A stretch of 64,000 nt of DNA, from the IMG/VR virus record IMGVR_UViG_3300037475_000071, positions 36,156 to 100,155 of that record. The stretch is one strand, 5' to 3'. Shown piece by piece: positions 27,122-35,013 of the stretch. The notes beneath the pieces were generated by a model that did not search any database, was not told the origin of the DNA, and saw only the letters and a program-made list of their open reading frames with translations. This DNA is from a virus. Position 1 is the stretch's first letter. Every line of letters starts with the position of its first letter. A program made the position numbers and the translations under genes.

Positions 27122-30100
27122 TTACGGGGTTCTTGTTCCTACGAGTACAGCAGAAACTGCGGCATTAACCGTGGTTACATCAGCACCTAAGTCAGTTCCG
27201 TCACTAGCTTGGTCGGCCTGTCCAGCAGCAAACACGCTATTAGTAGCGCATCCCCTAACTGTAGTGCACAACCTGTAGTCGCCACCGCTAGCATTGTTGT
27301 AGTTAACAAACCCTACCGCCGTATGCGATAACTGCCAGATTGGTGAACTCGAAAACACGGTAGGACTAGCCGTAGAGTCCATTAAGTTGTTGTGATCGAA
27401 TACGTACGGAGAGACAAGAACAAATCCGGGAGGAGTTGCCACGGGAGCATATGCTCCTCCGTTGCTTGATAGCTCCCACCCCGTACCAGACACGTTGCAG
27501 TAGAAGGTGTTGCCTGATGCCGGATGTTTGCAACTAGCTAGCGCGACTGCATTCCAGCCTGTGCCTTGGAAAGCCAGCGCCTCGGTATCTGTTGCACCTG
27601 TGCCCTGCGCTTGGTCGGCATCATTGTTCTCCCCGTTCGCATTGATAAACGTAGAAGACCCTGCTGCTGCAATGATGTTGTCCTGAATCTTGAAGTTTAT
27701 AAGCTGGTACTGAGCGATATAGTTATTCAGCCAGAACGGATTGACAGCATCGCCTATCAGAGTGTTGTGGGTAACAAAGATGTTGGCGGCCAGCGGCGTA
27801 GTCGGCGATGTCCAGCTTAGGACATTTATACTGGCCGTTCCACCCAACTGGAACTGCGCTGTAAGTTTTGCAAACCCATTACTCCATCGGTTAAAGCTGC
27901 AATCATCACACACGTTGTTAGTAAACAACACATTGTGAGTGCCTTTAGCGACGTTCAAAGGAACAATAGCAAATCCGGCACCAAAATGCCTGAACATGTT
28001 ATAACGAAGAGTAAAGTCTTGATTATAAGAAGGCCCATACCCAACGGTCACACCATTTCCGTCGGTGACCTGACTGGCTTGGTTAATCGCTTGTACAAGA
28101 CCTGCACTTCCCGTCTGTCCGCCGCCGTTACCCTGCGATCCCCACGCTAACTCAATGAGGTTTTTCTCCAAGAGCAGACGGTTACCGCATTTAGCTTCCC
28201 AGCCATTCTTACTGGTGAACGGCTTGAAATCATAAGCAACAATCGGGGCTGAGGTGCTAACATTGATAGCACTGGAGCCCGTTGTAGTTCCGTCCGTCGC
28301 AAACACAGTGTGTGTGCCGACGCCGGTACCTGAACAATAGATAGCCTCGCCAGCCGCAACGCCTGTAGGGGTAGTGACTGTACCGATAGTGCTATTGCCG
28401 CTGCCATTTCCGGGTGCATCTACGTACCACGTAATACTGCTTGGGGTAAAGTTAGCAAACTCAAATATCGTGTAGCAGAATTGCCGGATGTTCCCCCGAG
28501 CATCTGAATACGATGGCTGTATTTGTAAATCAGATGCCTTGGGACTAACCGCAATCACGTGTGTGGGGCTTGAGCTAACAACCGTCACGGTAGAAGATGC
28601 AGACAGTGTTCGGTTATTCCCTAAATTACCTGCCCTAGAATCGCTAGTTAGAGCGTTCGCTGTAACCACATGGTCACCTAACGTCGTTGCCACGGTGCAC
28701 ACAATGAGTGGAGCCCCTGAGCCAGTACAAACCGTATAGGTGTAGGTTATTTGGTTTGCACTAGCGTAAGGCGTAGTGCCCACATTGTGCTCTCCGTTTT
28801 TAGTTATCACCCCTAGACTAGAACTACCGCCCACCATGCAGGTAAGACTTGTAAATACACAGGTACTTCCGTCAATCGAGAATGATCCCCCTCCAATGGT
28901 GTTGGCATTGCTCATGCGGTTTAAGCCGCCAAAAGAGTCATTGCCCCAATACAATTGCAACTGAAGAGACTGTCCGGGAGTCAACTGCACAGCCGTCGGC
29001 GTTATCGTTAATTCTTGGTCATTAGCTGGCGGGTACGTAGCACCTTCTATTGTTTCTGATTCAAGCAGCGTCTGGCCGTTCTGCGTATTCCAGAGCGGGT
29101 TCTTAAAGAAATGATTTTGCGCCCACCACACATCGTGGGGAACTCCGTCGAACCCTGTTACTGGATTTAATGCTTCGGTGAAAGCACCGCAGAACAGAGA
29201 ACCCATCGTAGAAGACACGGTAAAATTGTTTACAAACTTACCGAAGCCGACGTTGGTATAACCATGACCGCCTCCCCAGAAATAAAACTGTGCGTCTCCT
29301 GAGCCGCCTGCCGCAGTTAAACCAATATCATCCCCGTAGCTATCAAGCAGCGCGACATGTCGTATGCCCGCAAAGTTAAAAGCTCTGCTGGTTTGTCGCT
29401 GAGCATCGCCATGCACGTACACTTGGTCGAAAATAATGTCATTTGGCTGCACATTCATACACGCTGTGGGAGTAACCATAAGCGCGGTGTCCCCTACCGT
29501 CTGGTTGGGATACGGAGCCAATGGATTAGTGGCGCAGTCCTGACCCACAGCAGCAGGTGAGTAGGTCAAATCAACCACCACCGTCAACAAATCGGTCGTC
29601 TGGTCTCGGGTTAATTCAAGCCCAATAAATCGCCAGAATGAAGGCGCAGTTATGCCTGTGCCGCTGCTTGGTACCTTGAGAGAAATAGTAGGAGTGCCTA
29701 ACGATGCTTTGCCAATTAGCACGGGCATGTGCCGTGTTGTGGCGTTAGGCGAGGTGTTCCACGTCGGGTATGGATACTCCGTCAACACCGAATGAGGCAG
29801 GCCAGCAAAAGATGGATCAACCCTTTGTCCCTCGGCCGGAAACGTGGTATCGGTAAAGTCTCGCGTCACCCAAATCCAATTAGAATTGGTGCATACTACG
29901 TCAGGAATAGTGAGATTAGTTTGGCTATATACAGTGTTCTGCATCACCAAAATGTTGCCGCAGACAAGACTGTTGATTGCAGTTTGTAATTGGGCCGTAG
30001 TAAACGAAGCGGAACAGCCCCCAGACAACGCAGCTACGTTAGCCAACGTACCGACACAGACGTAAGGCCCACTGGCAGGAGTCGCAGACCGTGCGGTATT

Positions 30101-30538
30101 CCACGCCAATAAAGTTGAATCAGGAAGAAGGGGAGCCCCTCCTGTGGGAGCCGCCACAATACTAAGGCCGGCATCAAAGATGTCTGTATTAAAAAGACTG
30201 TCCACTACACCAACACGGAATGAACTAGTTCCTGAACTTGTAGGAGTTCCGGTGATTGCACCAGTCGTAGCGTTAAGCGAGAGACCAGCAGGCAACGCCC
30301 CAGAAGTAACAGACCACGTTAGAGTCCCTATGCAATTTACCTGCGCAAGCGTAGCTGAGTAAGCAACACCTTGAGTGCCGGAAGGCAGAGTAGAAGTAGT
30401 GATGTTGCACGTAGCCCCTTGCGAGGCCACGCTGCTACCCACGGACGTACTGGAACCTACGGATGAAGATTGTGCGTAAACACTCGCTGGGCAAAGAATG
30501 CCAATAGCTAGCCCCAGAAGCAAACAAAGTTTTCTCAT
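27122..30538 (-). CDS. large signal-peptide protein with putative Ig (He_PIG) domain and beta-helix (adhesin/depolymerase-like)
   Basis: Signal ...PASVYA/Q; ITTSTLPSGTQGVAYSATL...LPAGLSL..TGAITGTPT; beta-helix-like repeats; C-terminal DGTDLGAD. Confidence 0.8.
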   Translation of the reverse strand: MRKLCLLLGLAIGILCPASVYAQSSSVGSSTSVGSSVASQGATCNITTSTLPSGTQGVAYSATLAQVNCIGTLTWSVTSGALPAGLSLNATTGAITGTPTSSGTSSFRVGVVDSLFNTDIFDAGLSIVAAPTGGAPLLPDSTLLAWNTARSATPASGPYVCVGTLANVAALSGGCSASFTTAQLQTAINSLVCGNILVMQNTVYSQTNLTIPDVVCTNSNWIWVTRDFTDTTFPAEGQRVDPSFAGLPHSVLTEYPYPTWNTSPNATTRHMPVLIGKASLGTPTISLKVPSSGTGITAPSFWRFIGLELTRDQTTDLLTVVVDLTYSPAAVGQDCATNPLAPYPNQTVGDTALMVTPTACMNVQPNDIIFDQVYVHGDAQRQTSRAFNFAGIRHVALLDSYGDDIGLTAAGGSGDAQFYFWGGGHGYTNVGFGKFVNNFTVSSTMGSLFCGAFTEALNPVTGFDGVPHDVWWAQNHFFKNPLWNTQNGQTLLESETIEGATYPPANDQELTITPTAVQLTPGQSLQLQLYWGNDSFGGLNRMSNANTIGGGSFSIDGSTCVFTSLTCMVGGSSSLGVITKNGEHNVGTTPYASANQITYTYTVCTGSGAPLIVCTVATTLGDHVVTANALTSDSRAGNLGNNRTLSASSTVTVVSSSPTHVIAVSPKASDLQIQPSYSDARGNIRQFCYTIFEFANFTPSSITWYVDAPGNGSGNSTIGTVTTPTGVAAGEAIYCSGTGVGTHTVFATDGTTTGSSAINVSTSAPIVAYDFKPFTSKNGWEAKCGNRLLLEKNLIELAWGSQGNGGGQTGSAGLVQAINQASQVTDGNGVTVGYGPSYNQDFTLRYNMFRHFGAGFAIVPLNVAKGTHNVLFTNNVCDDCSFNRWSNGFAKLTAQFQLGGTASINVLSWTSPTTPLAANIFVTHNTLIGDAVNPFWLNNYIAQYQLINFKIQDNIIAAAGSSTFINANGENNDADQAQGTGATDTEALAFQGTGWNAVALASCKHPASGNTFYCNVSGTGWELSSNGGAYAPVATPPGFVLVSPYVFDHNNLMDSTASPTVFSSSPIWQLSHTAVGFVNYNNASGGDYRLCTTVRGCATNSVFAAGQADQASDGTDLGADVTTVNAAVSAVLVGTRTP

Positions 30539-30595
30539 TTTAGAATAAAGTCCCTAATAGAATTGATTGCGCAGCGATACGCACGACTTGGTTGT

Positions 30596-30625
30596 CTCGT
30601 CCTTCTACGTGGGTAAAAGGACGAG
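30596..30625 (-). terminator. intergenic hairpin
   Basis: CTCGTCCTT...AAGGACGAG. Confidence 0.5.
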
Positions 30626-30633
30626 CACCTGTT

Positions 30634-32319
30634 TTATGTCAGTTGAAGGTTGTAAATTAAACCGGTTGTACCCGTGGTTCCATTACTACCTGCGGTGCCG
30701 TTAGCACCAGTTCCAACGCCGCTTCCAGCAGCACCACCTGTGCCGCCTGTGCCACCACTAACATTGTCAGTGCCGCTGTTAGTAAGGGTGTTATAGATGC
30801 GCACGATGATTCCAGCATTTCCGCCATCACCGCCAGCACCGCCTCCGCCACCACCACAACTACCTGCAGTGGGAGTCCCGCCAGCACCGCCAGCACCGCC
30901 TCCGCCTCCGGAAACGTTGATAACTGAGCCAGTATTGAAAGTCATGGCCGGCGAAATTAAAACTATGAATCCGCCTTGACCGCCTCCGCCGCCAGAACCG
31001 CCGCCACCGCCACCTGTGTTAGTTAAATCACCCGCACCAGCCGCTCCTGAACCTCCAGAGCCATTACCACCTGTAACTTGAAAGCCATTGGCTGAAGTGT
31101 CGAACAGCTTGGAAGCTAAAGCCACCTCATGGGGAGAGGCTTTGTCCAATGTAGTGGGGCCGGCACTTCCACCTGCTCCACCAGTGGCACCAGCCTGACT
31201 ACCGCCTGATGCTCCAGAGCCGCCGCCATTGCCCCCTGCGGTGCCAGCATTGGCTCCGAATATAAGATTGAAGGCTACAGAGCCGCCTGTGCTACCCGCC
31301 GTACCAGATACGCCCACCCCAGTAGTACCCGTGGCTCCGGTTTTACCGGCCAACGACACAATCGGGGCGGCCAACGAACCCGAAGCTAAAACACTGCTAT
31401 TACCGCCGTTCGTACCTCCAGTAGACTTATTGGTGCCTGTAGCCGCTCCACCGACTCCACCACCAGTGCCGGCGTTCTGAATGGTGCCGGAATTGGTGAT
31501 GCTGGTAGAAGCTAAAATGCGGTTTGAAACTGTCTTGATAGTTACGCCAGTATTGTTTATGAACGTGGTGAAATAGCAATCCCGCGTCATGGTGTAGACG
31601 CTGGCCACAGGTGCACCTAAGCACGCAACAGTGCTCGTACCGTCCGCAGTAACCGCACCGTCTGAGCCGTCTCCTGCCCAGCTTTCTACGGGCGCACTGC
31701 CGCCAGATGCACTGATAACATTGTTAGACTGAGCAGTAGCCCGGCCCTTAGCGTCGAATGTTATAGAACAAGAGTGTGTTGCGTCTCCGCATGAACCAGG
31801 AGTGACTCCACTCGCGGCTAGGGTGGGAGCGGGGTAGTTTCCAGCTAAATCACCTAAAGCTGGCCCGTTTGGGGCCGGGTCGCAATTGATGCCAAATCCG
31901 CGGCATCGCATACGACCAACTGTGCTGTCACCCCACCACCTAAAATTACCGCTTGATGGGTCTGCCGGAGCAGCTTGAGACTGGAAGGTAAAAGTATAGC
32001 CGGTACCAATAGTCGTGATGCTGCTGAATGTCGCCCCGGTACCCGTGATGTTTACTAGGTTAAGGCTGCCGTCAGAACTCCAGGTTGCGTTTTGGTTGCA
32101 AAAATTCAATGATCCATTAAAGTAAATTACTGCGGGAGTTCCCGCTGCGCACGGCGACAAACCTTTAAGAAGGCTGTCCAGAGTATTGAAGTTGTTGTTT
32201 ACATTTGAGTCCCAATTGGATAATCCATGTGGAGGCAAGTCAAGACCCACGTTCGGCGTCTTAGGTACCTGTGCACCAGCAAGGCAACACGCCAGCAGTA
32301 CAAATAATATTTTCTTCAT
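30634..32319 (-). CDS. Gly-rich tail-fibre-like protein with signal peptide
   Basis: MKKILFVLLACCLAGA/Q then TPNVGLDLPPHG..NW...NNNFNTLD; ITFDAKGRAT; GDGSDG + Gly-rich C-domain. Confidence 0.8.
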   Translation of the reverse strand: MKKILFVLLACCLAGAQVPKTPNVGLDLPPHGLSNWDSNVNNNFNTLDSLLKGLSPCAAGTPAVIYFNGSLNFCNQNATWSSDGSLNLVNITGTGATFSSITTIGTGYTFTFQSQAAPADPSSGNFRWWGDSTVGRMRCRGFGINCDPAPNGPALGDLAGNYPAPTLAASGVTPGSCGDATHSCSITFDAKGRATAQSNNVISASGGSAPVESWAGDGSDGAVTADGTSTVACLGAPVASVYTMTRDCYFTTFINNTGVTIKTVSNRILASTSITNSGTIQNAGTGGGVGGAATGTNKSTGGTNGGNSSVLASGSLAAPIVSLAGKTGATGTTGVGVSGTAGSTGGSVAFNLIFGANAGTAGGNGGGSGASGGSQAGATGGAGGSAGPTTLDKASPHEVALASKLFDTSANGFQVTGGNGSGGSGAAGAGDLTNTGGGGGGSGGGGGQGGFIVLISPAMTFNTGSVINVSGGGGGAGGAGGTPTAGSCGGGGGGAGGDGGNAGIIVRIYNTLTNSGTDNVSGGTGGTGGAAGSGVGTGANGTAGSNGTTGTTGLIYNLQLT

Positions 32320-32999
32320 TACACATCCTTTATCTGGTTGTCTTGTTGTTCTCGATGAGGACAGACACCATAAATAAATTTCGCCATATTGCAGTTATGG
32401 CACAGCACTTGAAAACCTTCAGGGAAGTTGTGAGTTTTTAGCCACTGGTACATAGATGGAAACTTTCCCTCACGTCTATGTTTGCTACCGCCGCCGTTTA
32501 TATGGTCGATGCAAAGAAAATGCAACATACTTTCCCCGCAACACGCACATTGTGGTGTACCGTTGCTATAGTGTGTCAATACACTGAGACGTAGTTTTCT
32601 TCGTCTTGACCGTTTGGCTTCCGCAAGCTCAACGGAGTACACTTTATGCCTGCGATTACAGTTTTTCCTATGAGCTTGTCTGCATTTAACACACATCGTA
32701 GCTCCCTCATCCGGAGGAAACTTACCACACGTCTGACATAAGCCCTTGCTTTTCCACTCAGAACGCTGCTGTTTGCTTTTATCGTTCTTACAGCGCTTGC
32801 ACTTACCTCTTTTGTCTCTGTTTTCTTCTGTGAGCGCGTGACCCCGCTTGCAGTGCGTCTTCTTGTGGTATGTCTTAGGTGTGAACTTATTATGATGGCC
32901 TTTAAGGAACCGTTTGGGTTGACCCTTCACCATCCCTCGCGGTCGATTAGTGCTGCCGTACACACCTGCATCCTGCCCACAACCGCACTCACAGAGCAT
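32319..32999 (-). CDS. HNH-type endonuclease with multiple Zn fingers
   Basis: CECGCG, KTHCKRGH, CACCGE...IDHINGGG...FQVLCHNCN. Confidence 0.85.
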   Translation of the reverse strand: MLCECGCGQDAGVYGSTNRPRGMVKGQPKRFLKGHHNKFTPKTYHKKTHCKRGHALTEENRDKRGKCKRCKNDKSKQQRSEWKSKGLCQTCGKFPPDEGATMCVKCRQAHRKNCNRRHKVYSVELAEAKRSRRRKLRLSVLTHYSNGTPQCACCGESMLHFLCIDHINGGGSKHRREGKFPSMYQWLKTHNFPEGFQVLCHNCNMAKFIYGVCPHREQQDNQIKDV

Positions 33000-34443
33000 T
33001 TGCCAACACTCGCTTGGTTATAATTGGCTCAAACGCTTGATCGGTATAGGTAAACTGTGCAATCAGTCCCTCGGTTTTAGACCAAACAAAGGACTCAGCC
33101 GTACGCAGATTTCCTACGTAACCGTGGGCCGCGTGATACTCGTCGGCAGTGCTAAGAGAGCTGAGAATACGTACACGTACGCCGTGGAACTCCTGAGTAC
33201 GAGTGGAATGATTATGTCCAGTGTGAATCTCCCTAAACTTTGTTGCACCAAATAGGCTAGGGTTCTCAGTTGCAAAGAGCAAGGGCATATCTTCACGATT
33301 ACCTAAGTCGCCGTGAACAAAGAGCAAGCCAACTTCTCCCCACTGACAATACTTTCTCAACGTCGGACTGTTATCTACCTGCACCAGTGGGTCATTGTGG
33401 AAGAAGCACTCCAGTGAATCTCCAAGAGCCCAGCTTGAGAAGCGATCATGGTTACCCACGCATACAATTACCTTCACTGGAGCAATCTCTTTCAACATCT
33501 CTATCGCCGCACACATCGCCTTACGCGCTGTCCAGAATGCCTTTTGAAAGCGCCCATCTGAGTCCACAACTGTGTCGTTGGCCGTGCGGGATTCAAGGTC
33601 ATTGCTGTGAAGCAAGTCGTTGCCAACGATGAACACCACCTGCTCATATTCAAATCCACGCGAACGCTCAATGAGACGTTCCAGAGCGCGGAAAAACATA
33701 GCCTCCGTAATCTTTACATCGTACGGGCGGTCACCTGTCTCGTTAGGCCACGCATTCTTGCCGAAGTGTAGGTCGAACAGGTCTACTTCCAACATCAGGC
33801 CCGTCTGCTTTACAGGTTTGTTCTTAAGGAGGGGGCGCTTGATTACCGTCTTCGCGTGCTGCTTGAGGTCATCAATTTCCTCTAGCACTTCGCGGGTACG
33901 ATCTAATTTATCGGTTTCATCTTTGCGTTTCAGCTTGGTTATGCGTCTCTGGAGACGTACATTCTCGCGGAGCACATGGGAAATCAGAGACCCAGACGTA
34001 TCACCTAGCGCGTACTGCACAGTGGCTTTGGTCTCAGCACGCACAGGCTGCGCTTCTAAACTATTAGCAATCTTAGCCACGTCATTGCTGACTACGTACT
34101 TGAGAATGTTTTGAGCGGTATCCTTACTACATTCCAGTAGGCGTGTAAGTGTTTCAACTGAGGGGTATTCGTAGGTCTCTGATTTGGTTTCTTGGATTGT
34201 CGGGAGGGCCAGTTTCAATAACTCCATCTCCACAGGGGAGAGAGTCACTTTACCCAACCCAGCCGCGGCCAGGAAGTCATTGAATTTGGGGAAGAATTTT
34301 TGCCAGTCGGCTTCGGAATACTGACTGTTCTCGCGGTAGAAATTGCGGGTAACGCTGGAATTGGATTTCGACGCTAGTTCCTGTAGTTCTTTCAGCACGG
34401 CCGATTTAGTCGGCGAGGCTTGTTTTTTTGATGATGAAGCCAA
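32989..34443 (-). CDS. calcineurin-like metallophosphoesterase with N-terminal helical domain
   Basis: DLHFG, GNDLLH, GNHD, HGD, HTGHNH; start moved to TTG 34443 because a promoter overlaps the track start. Confidence 0.85.
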   Translation of the reverse strand: MASSSKKQASPTKSAVLKELQELASKSNSSVTRNFYRENSQYSEADWQKFFPKFNDFLAAAGLGKVTLSPVEMELLKLALPTIQETKSETYEYPSVETLTRLLECSKDTAQNILKYVVSNDVAKIANSLEAQPVRAETKATVQYALGDTSGSLISHVLRENVRLQRRITKLKRKDETDKLDRTREVLEEIDDLKQHAKTVIKRPLLKNKPVKQTGLMLEVDLFDLHFGKNAWPNETGDRPYDVKITEAMFFRALERLIERSRGFEYEQVVFIVGNDLLHSNDLESRTANDTVVDSDGRFQKAFWTARKAMCAAIEMLKEIAPVKVIVCVGNHDRFSSWALGDSLECFFHNDPLVQVDNSPTLRKYCQWGEVGLLFVHGDLGNREDMPLLFATENPSLFGATKFREIHTGHNHSTRTQEFHGVRVRILSSLSTADEYHAAHGYVGNLRTAESFVWSKTEGLIAQFTYTDQAFEPIITKRVLANAL

Positions 34444-34545
34444 GTGTATAGCCCTTTCTGAACTGAAATGAAAATTAAGGGATGCAGCCAAGGTAGGAAA
34501 TGAAAAAGCCGCATCCCTAAGCAGAACGAACTGCGGGATGATTTG

Positions 34546-34574
34546 ATTGTTGCACACTTCCAGTGCGTTGTCAA
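34546..34574 (-). promoter_or_regulatory. sigma70-like promoter P4
   Basis: TTGACA-17-AACAAT with GCAC...GTGC dyad. Confidence 0.5.
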
Positions 34575-34579
34575 CTGCT

Positions 34580-34987
34580 TTATGTGTGTTTGCCGTTGCT
34601 GTCGGTGCTTTGAAAATTAGGGGTTAAAAACCGGCTGATGTCAGTACGCAATTGAGCGATGTCCGACCTCAGTTCCCCCTTCATGGAATTGACCAATGAC
34701 GTTACGCGATCTACCATCTCGGTACGACGCCGCTCTTCATGCTCGAACATCGTCTTAACCTCGGTGTGATGGGCTAATGATTGAGCCTCGGCTTTTTCTA
34801 TCTTTCGTTCCAACTCCATCTTGTTTTCCTTGGCGGCATTCTCGGCTTTTTCAACCCGCGTTTCCATCTCCGATTTGTTCTGTTTCAGAGTCTGGTAAGC
34901 ATCCTTGATGAAGTACCCTACGATGGCAAAAATGCCAGCGATTATAGCACCTACTACTTTAAGAATTTCAACTATGAGTTGTTCCAT
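34580..34987 (-). CDS. single-TM coiled-coil protein (holin/XhlA-like)
   Basis: N-terminal TM then charged coiled coil. Confidence 0.6.
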   Translation of the reverse strand: MEQLIVEILKVVGAIIAGIFAIVGYFIKDAYQTLKQNKSEMETRVEKAENAAKENKMELERKIEKAEAQSLAHHTEVKTMFEHEERRRTEMVDRVTSLVNSMKGELRSDIAQLRTDISRFLTPNFQSTDSNGKHT

Positions 34988-35013
34988 TGCTCTCGCGTTC
35001 TTGACCCCAGTAT

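Noticed and set aside
30640-31480. GC-rich short repeats as a regulatory or mobile repeat
   Set aside because: Explained by Gly-rich coding sequence
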